A stretch of 64,000 bases of DNA from Actinomycetota bacterium (GCA_051005875.1 JBPCIX010000022.1:3537-67536); one strand, 5' to 3'. Positions 41,525-49,688 are shown, numbered from the stretch's first letter. Numbers and translations are program-made. Notes: a model not told the origin generated them from the letters alone.

Positions 41525-42133
41525 CTAATCGAGAGCCCTCAAAGCCTCCCAGACCCCGCCGGTCTCTAGCCGAAGGGCTTCGAGCGAACCCCGGTTTTCG
41601 ATAACAAAATCAGCACCTTCTAACTTTTTTTCGTCGGGCGCCTGAGCCCTTATCCGGTTCAACGCCTCGGCTTCGCTCATTTGACGACCGCTCTTAATCC
41701 TCTCCATTTGCAAGGCTGGGCTGGCCGACACAACCACGAGAGCACGAAAACTGAGGTGAGCCTTCCACTTGTTGAAGGTTTCAACCAACAGGGCGGCCTC
41801 GACGACCGCTATTTGTGTTGTTGGCGCCAGCCTTTCCAGCCACCCCGCAATCTCCTGAAAAATCGCCGGATGGGTAGCGTCTTCTAAGGCTCGCAGTGTT
41901 GCTTCATCGGTAAAAGCCAGATCAGCCAAACGGGCTCGATCGATTTGGCCGTCTTCGAGGAGAATGTCCCGGCCGAAATAGCTCACCAATTGAGAATGGG
42001 CGGGCATTCCGGGGGCTACGACCTGCCGGGCTACAAGGTCGGCATCGAGCACCGCCGCACCTTTGGATTCAAATATTTTTGCCACGGTCGACTTGCCAAC
42101 AGCGATTCCGCCGGTCAGCCCAACGACCTTCAC
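41525..42133 (-). CDS. coaE: dephospho-CoA kinase
   Basis: The opening MKVVGLTGGIAVGKSTV is a P-loop, and the protein is 202 aa. Confidence 0.88.
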   Translation of the reverse strand: MKVVGLTGGIAVGKSTVAKIFESKGAAVLDADLVARQVVAPGMPAHSQLVSYFGRDILLEDGQIDRARLADLAFTDEATLRALEDATHPAIFQEIAGWLERLAPTTQIAVVEAALLVETFNKWKAHLSFRALVVVSASPALQMERIKSGRQMSEAEALNRIRAQAPDEKKLEGADFVIENRGSLEALRLETGGVWEALRALD

Positions 42134-42155
42134 TGGTCAGGCCACAAACGCTCTG

Positions 42156-43649
42156 CTATTGGGCCTTAGGGGTTTCGCGCCGCATGTCTTCGAGAATGGC
42201 TTCCAAAGACTCGTCGGATCCCGCCTCGGCAGCCTCGAGCAACTCGCCGGCCAACTGTTCTTCAACTTGCGGAGGTGCGATCGGCTCGACGATCTCGGGC
42301 GGTTCCGGTGCAATGGGGGCGATTTCTTCCGGTGCCACCTCGGAGGGCTCGCTCGCCTCGGGGGCCTCGGCCACGAGGTCTTCGGCTGATTCGGCGACCT
42401 CGGCCGCCGGTTCCGCCTCATCCGGAACAGGGGCAGCAGCATCAGCCTGAAATTCGACCTCGTCGGATTCCTCCTTCTCCATGTCGGGGCCCGACGAATA
42501 ACCATCCGTGGCATTTTCAGACGCTTGCTTCAACGAAAGGCTGATTCGGCGTCTTTCGAGATCAATGTCAATTATCCGGGCCTGAACTTCCTGACCCAAA
42601 GCCACGACCTGCTCCGGCAATTCAACATGGCCTTCAGACAACTCGGAGATGTGCACCAGACCTTCGATTCCTTCGGCAACTTTAACGAAAGCTCCAAAGG
42701 GAACCAGCTTGGTCACCGATCCCTCGACAACATCGCCGAGACCGCGGGTCCGGGCAAACGCTTCCCACGGATCTTCCTGAGTGTTTTTCAAAGACAGGCT
42801 CACCCGGTCGCGCTCCAACTCGACGCTCAAGACCTCGACCGCGATTTCTTGCCCGATTTGAACGACTTCAGACGGATGGTCAACGTGGCGCCACGAGAGT
42901 TCAGAAACGTGAACGAGCCCGTCGACGCCGCCCAGATCAACGAATGCGCCAAAGTTCACAATCGACGAAACCACGCCGGTGCGCTTTTCGCCGACTGCCA
43001 GATTTTCGAGAAAGCCCTTGCGCTGCTCGGACTGGGTGTCCTCAAGGAATGCACGGCGGCTGAGCACCACGTTGTTGCGATTCTTATCAAGTTCGATGAT
43101 CTTGCACTCCAACTCTTGGCCCACAAACTGCTGAAGGTCGCGCACGCGGCGAAGCTCCACCAACGACGCGGGCAGAAAGCCGCGAAGTCCAATGTCCACG
43201 ATCAGGCCACCCTTGACGACCTCGATCACCAGCCCCTTGACGGTTTCGCCTGAGCGGCGAAGATCTTCAACCTTGCCCCAGGCCCGCTCATACGTTGCAC
43301 GCTTTTTGGAAAGGATGAGGCGACCTTCTTTGTCTTCTTTTTGAAGAACCAACGCTTCAATTTGCTCGCCAACTGAGACGATCTTGCTGGGGTCAACCTC
43401 GTGGCGGATTGAAAGTTCCCGGGCGGGAATGACTCCCTCAGATTTGTAACCAATGTCGACCAGAACCTCTTCCGGATCGATCTTGACAATAGTCCCGCTC
43501 ACAAGATCTCCATCGGAGAAAGGCTTGATGGTGGCGTCGATTGCAGCAACGAGATCGTCGATGTTGTCGCCGATATCGTTGGTAGTAATTTCGTTGCTTT
43601 GTGGCATCACACGGCTGGTCGTGTCGATACCTATAGTGGCATGCGCCAT
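42156..43649 (-). CDS. rpsA: 30S ribosomal protein S1 with long acidic C-terminal tail
   Basis: Four S1/OB repeats are present (G.V..I......VDIG...G.IP..E pattern). The last ~110 aa are Glu/Ala/Pro-rich. Confidence 0.92.
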   Translation of the reverse strand: MAHATIGIDTTSRVMPQSNEITTNDIGDNIDDLVAAIDATIKPFSDGDLVSGTIVKIDPEEVLVDIGYKSEGVIPARELSIRHEVDPSKIVSVGEQIEALVLQKEDKEGRLILSKKRATYERAWGKVEDLRRSGETVKGLVIEVVKGGLIVDIGLRGFLPASLVELRRVRDLQQFVGQELECKIIELDKNRNNVVLSRRAFLEDTQSEQRKGFLENLAVGEKRTGVVSSIVNFGAFVDLGGVDGLVHVSELSWRHVDHPSEVVQIGQEIAVEVLSVELERDRVSLSLKNTQEDPWEAFARTRGLGDVVEGSVTKLVPFGAFVKVAEGIEGLVHISELSEGHVELPEQVVALGQEVQARIIDIDLERRRISLSLKQASENATDGYSSGPDMEKEESDEVEFQADAAAPVPDEAEPAAEVAESAEDLVAEAPEASEPSEVAPEEIAPIAPEPPEIVEPIAPPQVEEQLAGELLEAAEAGSDESLEAILEDMRRETPKAQ

Positions 43650-43818
43650 TGAACTCCTTTTGGACCATCCGGTTGAATTTACGGAAGAATTACTTCACAT
43701 ATCCGGCGGGCCGTCCCCCGCATCAGCTTGCCTTCGCGGATAAGCGCGTCGGTTCCATCCTCAGGTTGAATAACAGTTTAGCGTAAAACGGCCACACCAA
43801 AACTATATCCTCGGGTAA

Positions 43819-45105
43819 ATGGGCCGAAGGTTGCTAACCCGAATTTTATTCACCCACTTACTTATCGCGCTGGCGGCGATCGGCTTATTTGCATTATCGA
43901 TTAATGGGTTGCTCGGAAACGACCCCCGGGTACAGATCCTTGGAGTGTCGGCTGCGATGGTTGCCGTGGCTGCCACGACTGCGGTTCTAGTAGCCAGATC
44001 TTTGTCACGTCCGCTGAAGATTATGAGCGAACAGGTCGAAAGCATAGCCGGGGGCGATGAGGCCGTTCTGGTCACTGCCAGCGGCCCCCTTGAGCAGCAG
44101 GCTTTGGCCAAAGCGGTTAGCGCGATGGCCGAAAATCTTGCGATGCGTCTGCAGCAACTTGCCAGCGAAACTCGGCTTCGAGAGCAGGTGCTGGCTTCAA
44201 TGTCCGTTGGTGTTCTTCTTACCAATGCCGATGGCGACGCTATCTACTCGAATCCCGCCGCCGAGAAAATCGTTGGTCTCTCTTCGAACTTTCTTCTAAA
44301 GGAGGTAGAAAACGGCGTTTCCGAATTTACTTTCCACCACCCCGTTCGGCGAGACCTGAGAGTGACATCGGTCGCCCTTGACGATGGCAGCCGGCTGGTC
44401 TTGCTCGAGGATCTGACGGAAGTAAGACGGGTAGAGCTGATGCGCCGCGATTTTGTCGCCGACGCCTCGCACGAGCTTAAAACCCCGGTAGGGGGCATAC
44501 TGGCGGCTGCTGAAACTCTCGACGTAGCATCCCGAGAAGATCCGGGCCGAGTTCCCCAGTTCGTGGCTGCACTTTTGCACGAAGCCAAGAAATTGGCACG
44601 GTTGGTTCAAGAGCTGCTGGATCTAGCCAGGCTTGAGCGAACACCGACCGAGTCCAAGCCGATTCATCTTTCCGGCTTGATTCGCAGACAGGCCGCCGAT
44701 ATAGCAATTTTAGCGGCCGGGAAGGGCTTGAAGGTCGAGACCGACATCGCCGGTGGAATAGTCGTTAATGGCAACGCCGAGGAATTGGGTCAGGCAATAC
44801 GAAACATTCTAGAAAACGCACTCAGGTACACGAGCGAGGGAATCATTCGAGTATCGGTTTCGAGACAAGAAGGGCTCGCAGTAGTCGAAGTTGCCGACAC
44901 GGGAGCGGGTATCCCCAACAAGGATCTTGAGCGGATCTTCGAACGCTTCTACAGAGTGGACCCGGCTCGCTCGCGGGAAACAGGAGGCACCGGCCTGGGC
45001 CTGTCGATTGCCCGGCACGCAATACAGCGGCACAATGGGAAGGTCAGCGCGAAAAGCGAACTAGGCAAAGGATCAGTGTTTAAAATCACCCTACCGATCG
45101 AATGA
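43819..45105 (+). CDS. sensor histidine kinase (HisKA/HATPase_c, PhoR/SenX3-like), no adjacent response regulator
   Basis: It has two N-terminal TM segments, a HAMP-like linker, the H-box DFVADASHELKTPV, the N-box IRNILENALRYT, and G-boxes DTGAGI and GGTGLGLSIARH. Confidence 0.88.
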   Translation: MGRRLLTRILFTHLLIALAAIGLFALSINGLLGNDPRVQILGVSAAMVAVAATTAVLVARSLSRPLKIMSEQVESIAGGDEAVLVTASGPLEQQALAKAVSAMAENLAMRLQQLASETRLREQVLASMSVGVLLTNADGDAIYSNPAAEKIVGLSSNFLLKEVENGVSEFTFHHPVRRDLRVTSVALDDGSRLVLLEDLTEVRRVELMRRDFVADASHELKTPVGGILAAAETLDVASREDPGRVPQFVAALLHEAKKLARLVQELLDLARLERTPTESKPIHLSGLIRRQAADIAILAAGKGLKVETDIAGGIVVNGNAEELGQAIRNILENALRYTSEGIIRVSVSRQEGLAVVEVADTGAGIPNKDLERIFERFYRVDPARSRETGGTGLGLSIARHAIQRHNGKVSAKSELGKGSVFKITLPIE

Positions 45106-46229
45106 TTACCAACTTGGTCCCCCGCAGGGGTTGGGTAGCTCCGTTTCTGGCTTGCCATTTAGTCCTGCGTTTAGTCGTCCTGCGTTTAGTCGTCCTGGGT
45201 TTAGTCGTACTGGGTTTAGTCCTGGGCTTAGTCATTGGCCCGGCAACAATAAGCCTGGCTGCTTCTGCGGAGTCCGTTTCTAAGGATCTAGATTCCGTGG
45301 CTGCCGCTTACGGCAAATTGGAGACTCAGCTGGCCCAAACTGAGGCGCGCCAAACCAAACTTCAACAAGAGGACCAAAAGGCCAAAGCGGTTCTCTCCAG
45401 CAAGGGATCAGCGCTCCAGCAACGAGCTCGCTATATGTATAAAAATGGTGGTACCAGCTCCCTACTGGCGCGGCTGGTTACCTCGCCTAACATCTCGGTG
45501 TTTCTCAGGAAAGCTCATTATTTTTCGATTTTGGGCAGAAGCGATGCTCGGCTGGTCGAGGGCCTCACGATTAGCCAGGCAAGAGCTGATGAGATCCGAA
45601 ACGACCTCGCTTCAACCAAGGCGCGCCAAAGAAAAGTAGCGTCGGATCTCCGGTCTGAACGGGCACGGTTACAAGCAAAATACGGAGAAATCAAGCGACA
45701 GGAAGAGACCGCACGGCGGGCGGCTGAAGCGCGCCTTAAGGCGGGAAGGGTTACCAAGCCGGTGGAGCGCCGCCAGCTAGAGGCCACCGTCAAAGGAGAA
45801 ATCCCAACCAAGGTGGGGTCAGTCGGAAAATTCCCATCCTTTTCATTGCCAATTGCAGGTCCTACCGGGTTCACCGACACCTGGGGGGCCGCACGGTCGG
45901 GAGGAAGGCGGCATCAAGGCACCGATGTAATGGCCCCTTGCGGCGCCCGAGTAGTTGCGGTAACCAGCGGCTCAATCTCCAGGCTGATGACGGGCGGCGC
46001 CGGTGGGACCATGGTTTATCTAAAGGCAGGCAACGGGGACGAGTTTTTCTACGCTCATTTGCAGAGCACGGCAACAAGTCAAGGCAAAGGCGTTGCGGCG
46101 GGCGAACTCATCGGCTACAACGGCAACTCAGGCAATGCCCGAGGGGGGCCGTGCCACGTTCACTTTGAATGGCACCCCGGCGGCGGGGCCGCCGTTAACC
46201 CATACTCCTTGCTGGCCTCTGCCCGATAA
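45102..46229 (+). CDS. membrane-anchored coiled-coil M23 family metallopeptidase
   Basis: The start ATGA overlaps the kinase stop. The TM is LVLRLVVLRLVVLGLVVLGLVLGLVIG and a coiled coil follows. The M23 motifs are RRHQGTDV and GGPCHVHFEWHP. Confidence 0.85.
   Translation: MITNLVPRRGWVAPFLACHLVLRLVVLRLVVLGLVVLGLVLGLVIGPATISLAASAESVSKDLDSVAAAYGKLETQLAQTEARQTKLQQEDQKAKAVLSSKGSALQQRARYMYKNGGTSSLLARLVTSPNISVFLRKAHYFSILGRSDARLVEGLTISQARADEIRNDLASTKARQRKVASDLRSERARLQAKYGEIKRQEETARRAAEARLKAGRVTKPVERRQLEATVKGEIPTKVGSVGKFPSFSLPIAGPTGFTDTWGAARSGGRRHQGTDVMAPCGARVVAVTSGSISRLMTGGAGGTMVYLKAGNGDEFFYAHLQSTATSQGKGVAAGELIGYNGNSGNARGGPCHVHFEWHPGGGAAVNPYSLLASAR
45157..45238 (+). repeat. 12/15-nt tandem repeat (about 6 units) encoding the TM helix of the M23 peptidase
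   Basis: The units are ATTTAGTCCTGC, GTTTAGTCGTCCTGC, GTTTAGTCGTCCTGG, GTTTAGTCGTACTGG, GTTTAGTCCTGG and GCTTAGTCATTGG. Confidence 0.85.
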
Positions 46230-46306
46230 GCTCAAATGTTTCCCGACGGGCGATAAATTTCGCAAGTCACTCAGTAGGATTGAGGGCTCACGAAAGGAGT
46301 CGATCA

Positions 46307-46660
46307 ATGGGACAGCTTTTTGCAGCGGCCTTGCCGATCTTGCCCGGTCAATCAGACAGGGTCCGGAACTTTACGAAGGAATGCCAGGAACTCAGGGACG
46401 AATACGATGAGCTAAACCGCAAAGCAACGCAGTCCCGCCACGTCATATTCCTTCAGCCCGGTCCTATGGGAGACACGGCAATCCACATAATGGAAGGCAA
46501 CGACCTCTCAAAAATCCAACGAGATTTCGTCGACTCTGCGCACGACAAATGGTGGCTTGGCTTTCTGAAAGACGTTCACGGCATCGACCTGCTGAACATG
46601 AGCGACCCGCCTCAGCCGCCCGAGATGGTCTTCGATTCCAGCGCCGGCCGGGCACCCTAG
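46307..46660 (+). CDS. hypothetical protein
   Basis: The preferred start MGQLFAAALPILPGQ at 46307 follows AAAGGAG. No family was recognised with confidence. Confidence 0.5.
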   Translation: MGQLFAAALPILPGQSDRVRNFTKECQELRDEYDELNRKATQSRHVIFLQPGPMGDTAIHIMEGNDLSKIQRDFVDSAHDKWWLGFLKDVHGIDLLNMSDPPQPPEMVFDSSAGRAP

Positions 46661-46740
46661 TGGGTCCCGGCTTCTCGTAGACGAAACCTCGCCAGCCCTC
46701 GAGGCCCGAGCGGATAGGCGCCGCCGGCCAGCGCCAAAGT

Positions 46741-47133
46741 TCACGGCGGGACAAAGTCGAGCGGCAGCACCTTTACCCCGTAGTCTTCGAATATGTCGTC
46801 AACTGTCACCATGGTTAGGTCATCTAAGAGGGCTTGGGCGGCGAGTATGCGATCGAAAGGATCCGCGTGGTGGCGTGGTAAAAATCCAGCCTTCCAGGCC
46901 TGGCCGGCCGTGATGTCCCTCAGCTCGAATCCCTCTGCTTCGATTTCTTCGGGAAGGTTATCCACGACTTCGAGTCTGCCCAAGGCGGACTTGATCGCCG
47001 ACTCCCAAATGGTGGCAGCGGAGACGAAAATGGAGTTTTCGGGATCGGAGACTGCGCTTCGGGCCTTCTTGGGAAGCCGCCGGTCCTCCGATAGCCACCA
47101 CAGGGTTATGTGGGTGTCAAGCAGCAGATTCAG
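46741..47133 (-). CDS. vapC: VapC-like PIN toxin lacking a canonical start codon (possible pseudogene)
   Basis: Hand translation gives (CTG)NLLLDTHITLWWLSEDRRLPKKARSAVSDPENSIFVSAATIWESAIK...LPRHHADPFDRILAAQALLDDLTMVTVD. The frame is open from 47244, but it holds no ATG, GTG or TTG before 46983, so the LLLDTH catalytic Asp lies upstream of any canonical start. The position where ATGA/GTGA coupling is expected reads CTGA (47130-47133). Confidence 0.55.
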   Translation of the reverse strand: MNLLLDTHITLWWLSEDRRLPKKARSAVSDPENSIFVSAATIWESAIKSALGRLEVVDNLPEEIEAEGFELRDITAGQAWKAGFLPRHHADPFDRILAAQALLDDLTMVTVDDIFEDYGVKVLPLDFVPP

Positions 47134-47372
47134 CGCGGCAGCGCTCCGAATACCTCGGCGATTTCCGGAGGCAGGGGATCGTCGAAGCTGGCGGCCATAT
47201 GAATCTTGCCGGCCAGGCGCCCGGATTTGCGCCGCGCTTTGCTTTCAGGTGGAACCAGTCTGGCCACAGTCCTACCGGAGCGAGCGATCTGGATTTCAGA
47301 AGCCTCTCCGGATTCGAGGGCGGCCACCAGCTTGGAAAGGTTTGTCTTGGCATCGTGCATGTTCACCTTCAT
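47130..47372 (-). CDS. Phd/YefM family antitoxin
   Basis: 80 aa. MKVNMHDAKTNLSKLVAALESGEASEIQIARSGRTVARLVP is the typical Phd/YefM N-terminal fold. Confidence 0.8.
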   Translation of the reverse strand: MKVNMHDAKTNLSKLVAALESGEASEIQIARSGRTVARLVPPESKARRKSGRLAGKIHMAASFDDPLPPEIAEVFGALPR

Positions 47373-47452
47373 TACCTTATATTAGCTAATCTAGCTAACT
47401 TAAGCAAGCGGTTGGACGCTCGGCCGCTTCTGCCTTTTGCACGGAGGGCTGA

Positions 47453-47608
47453 CGCGCAGCGGAGGAGGGCCGGATATTCCGCTGCGAACAGAGGGCTGTG
47501 TTCATCTATTTCATCAAAATGAGTGGCGATTCCCTGCAAGCTGAAGAACTCGCCCAGGAAACCTTCGTTCGCGCCTGCGCCGGTGACCCTTCGTTCGGTT
47601 TCATATGA
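47453..47608 (+). pseudogene. possible remnant of an ECF sigma-70 region 2 (truncated)
   Basis: Hand translation gives RAAEEGRIFRCEQRAVFIYFIKMSGDSLQAEELAQETFVRACAGDPSFGFI*. This resembles the ...F..L...H...V..Y...M.GD...AEDL.QETFLRA pattern of ECF sigma factors. It is bounded by stops after only ~51 codons and overlaps the 3' end of the convergent response regulator. Confidence 0.3.
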
Positions 47609-48257
47609 TCATGCCGCAATACCGGGCCAGCGAAAGCAGCTCCTGTTGGTTTCGGGTTGCAGTTTTTGTGAGCATATTGTGAACGTGGACTTTCAGCGTG
47701 CCGGGGGCTACGTGGAGCTCTTCGGCCAGTTCTTTCATCGGACGGCCGCTGCTGAGGAGCGACAGAATTTCAAGCTCCCGCTTGGTCAGGCCCTCAAGCC
47801 GTTTTCTGACCGCGACTTTTTCTTCGTAACGCTTGTCCACAGTTTGAACCAGCCGGGATAATTCCTCGGCAAAAACCGGCGATTCGCCCGCTTGGGCCCG
47901 CCGGATGGCCTCTACCAACCGTTCGACTTTCACGCTTTTGGGCAGAAATGCGACGGCGCCGGCGTCAAGGGCGTCCCGGACGTGGCCGGGCGAGTAAAAC
48001 CAAGAAAGCAGGATTATTTTTTGGCCGGGGGCATCCTGAAGGATGCGGCTGACGACCACAGGACCGTCCATTCCCTCGAGCCAAAAATCAAAAACGGCCA
48101 CATCGGGCCGAAGGATCGAGGCCATGTCCACGGCCTCCTGGGCGCCCTTGGGATGCTCGGCCAGGACCTCCAGGTCGTTGTACAAGCCCAGGGCAATTGA
48201 GAGCGCATCGGAGACAAGCACCTGAGAATCGGCCACAAGGACCCTGATCTTCGCCAT
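47601..48257 (-). CDS. orphan NarL/LuxR-family response regulator
   Basis: The receiver domain has VLVADS, VAVFDFWLEGMDG and LPKS. The C-terminal LuxR HTH is LTKRELEILSLLSSGRPMKELAEELHVAPGTLKVHVHNMLTK. The first acidic pair reads D-S rather than D-D. Confidence 0.85.
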   Translation of the reverse strand: MAKIRVLVADSQVLVSDALSIALGLYNDLEVLAEHPKGAQEAVDMASILRPDVAVFDFWLEGMDGPVVVSRILQDAPGQKIILLSWFYSPGHVRDALDAGAVAFLPKSVKVERLVEAIRRAQAGESPVFAEELSRLVQTVDKRYEEKVAVRKRLEGLTKRELEILSLLSSGRPMKELAEELHVAPGTLKVHVHNMLTKTATRNQQELLSLARYCGMII

Positions 48258-48288
48258 CGCCTGATGCTAGCCCGAGGCCGGACATTAG

Positions 48289-48316
48289 GGAATATATCTG
48301 AAGTTATATTTCGCTC
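48289..48316. repeat. 28-bp AT-rich element, copy 1 (second copy at 60451-60476)
   Basis: GGAATATATCTGAAGTTATATTTCGCTC here compares with GGAATATCTGAAGTTATATTTCGCTC at 60451. The two are identical apart from a 2-nt AT indel. The element contains the small inverted repeat AATAT..ATATT. Confidence 0.85.
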
Positions 48317-48382
48317 TGCTCGCCTAGTCTGCGGATTCATACTCTTCGGCAAATCTTCTTCCTGGCGGGACGGTATCTTGTC

Positions 48383-48616
48383 GTGGTCATGAAGTTCACC
48401 CGCCACGCTAAGAACCGGATCAGACTGATTGCCCGCGCCGACCCGGGGGTCACGCCTGAGGCCGTTTTGTTCGGGGTTGGCAGTGCTTCCGTGCTGAGGT
48501 ACGATGACAAGGGCAATAAAGTAGTTTTGGTCGTTTTGGAGGATCGGACCGTGACCGCAGTTGTGGACGTTAAGACGGAAACGATCATTACCATCTGGGC
48601 AAATGAGTCAAGTTAA
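48383..48616 (+). CDS. DUF4258-like small protein (putative toxin of a two-gene module)
   Basis: 77 aa. The (MV)MKFTRHAKNRIR opening is typical of DUF4258. It overlaps the downstream DUF2283 gene by 14 nt. Confidence 0.6.
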   Translation: MVMKFTRHAKNRIRLIARADPGVTPEAVLFGVGSASVLRYDDKGNKVVLVVLEDRTVTAVVDVKTETIITIWANESS

Positions 48617-48854
48617 AGCGTTTTATACCTACGACGCCGAGGCGGATGTCCTTTATGCCCTGCTGGTTCCAGAAGATGAGGCCCGCATTAGTAAGACGGT
48701 TGAACTGAGTCCCACGCTCCACGTTGATCTGGATGGCGGCGGCGGCGTGGTTGGGGTTGAGATCCTATATCCAGCCTCAAGACAAATCGATCTCGTTCCC
48801 CTAAAAGACCAATTCGGAGTCGAACTACGGCTGCCCTTCTCGTTTGCTGCATAA
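48603..48854 (+). CDS. DUF2283 domain protein (putative antitoxin partner)
   Basis: MSQVKAFYTYDAEADVLYALL...VHVDLDGGGGVVGVEILYPASRQ matches the YD.EAD.LYI......D.D..G.VVGIEIL pattern. The start is trimmed to the ATG at 48603. Confidence 0.7.
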   Translation: MSQVKAFYTYDAEADVLYALLVPEDEARISKTVELSPTLHVDLDGGGGVVGVEILYPASRQIDLVPLKDQFGVELRLPFSFAA

Positions 48855-48935
48855 GACCGCCGAAAACAAGACCCGGACCCGCTAGCAAGCCCCTAATTCC
48901 GTGCGGCAGGCCTAATTTCGGCTTTAGGGCCTGAT

Positions 48936-48955
48936 TTTCGGCCAATTGGCTGAAA
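48936..48955. promoter_or_regulatory. 20-bp near-perfect palindrome upstream of the surface-protein cluster
   Basis: TTTCGGCCAATTGGCTGAAA has one mismatched pair and the core GCCAATTGGC is a perfect palindrome. It is preceded by the direct repeats GGCCTAATTTCGGC and GGCCTGATTTTCGGC, and lies ~150 nt upstream of the ATG at 49104. Confidence 0.4.
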
Positions 48956-49103
48956 TTTATACCCTCAGGCATATTTACTTCCTCTTAATCCGGTGGTCCA
49001 ATGGCATCAGAGACTTTCACCGGCAAATTCGTGCCCCAGCGAGGCAGATTCTCCGGCAAAAGATCGAATAGACCATTTAGCCCACGAGTAAGGAGCGCAG
49101 GAC

Positions 49104-49688
49104 ATGAAAAAAGGCAAGAAAGCGGCGCCGGTAGTTGTTTTTATGATTATTGGAACCATCCTTGGAGCGGCCAGCCTGGCTTGGGCCTGCACTCCGGCCG
49201 CAGGGTTCGTGTCTCTCACTCAAGCCGGGCCGGTCGGCACTAAGTTCACCACCAGCACCACCGGTGTCGGCGTTTCGGAAATCCGCTGGAACAGCCTTGA
49301 CGGTCCGGTCGTAAGCACCCCCGCCGAAAGCTTTGACGGTCCGGTCGTAAGCACCCCCGCCGAAAGCCCGGGCTCGTTTGAAGTAACTGTGCCCCAGGTC
49401 GCTCCGGGTGTTTACTACCTGGTCTTCGCAACCGAAGACGCAGGCGTGGGCCGCATGGCCTTCGAGGTCACTCCCTCGGCCGGTGTTCGCTCGCCCGCTT
49501 CCGTGGTGCCCGCAGATCTTTGGAGCGGTTTCGCCTCGGGCTCACCGTCGGTAGCCCCGCAAGCCCAGGCGCCGGTATCGACCTCCAACGGCGCAGCCGC
49601 CGGCTTCGGCCTGTTGGGCGTAGGCGTGCTGATGATGTCGGGCCTTGCTCTGGTCGCCTTGCGCCGAAGCAAAGGCCGAGCGAGCTAG
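49104..49688 (+). CDS. small signal-peptide protein with AWA|CTP junction, beta-sandwich-like domain, C-terminal TM and basic tail (family copy 1)
   Basis: AAGGAG precedes the ATG. The N-terminus is MKKGKKAAPVVVFMIIGTILGAASLAWACTP and the C-terminus is NGAAAGFGLLGVGVLMMSGLALVALRRSKGRAS. It is a paralog of 62185-62838. Confidence 0.7.
   Translation: MKKGKKAAPVVVFMIIGTILGAASLAWACTPAAGFVSLTQAGPVGTKFTTSTTGVGVSEIRWNSLDGPVVSTPAESFDGPVVSTPAESPGSFEVTVPQVAPGVYYLVFATEDAGVGRMAFEVTPSAGVRSPASVVPADLWSGFASGSPSVAPQAQAPVSTSNGAAAGFGLLGVGVLMMSGLALVALRRSKGRAS
49296..49367 (+). repeat. 36-bp in-frame perfect tandem duplication inside the small surface protein gene
   Basis: [C/T]TTGACGGTCCGGTCGTAAGCACCCCCGCCGAAAGC occurs twice back to back. 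This encodes LDGPVVSTPAES then FDGPVVSTPAES. Confidence 0.9.

Noticed and set aside
42079-42544. Several Arg/Pro/Ser-rich ORFs on both strands across the rpsA 3' region
   Set aside because: They are frame artefacts of the GC-rich, Glu/Ala/Pro-coding acidic tail of ribosomal protein S1.
47523-47861. 112-aa plus-strand ORF
   Set aside because: It is antisense to the well-supported LuxR-type response regulator and has no recognisable motifs.
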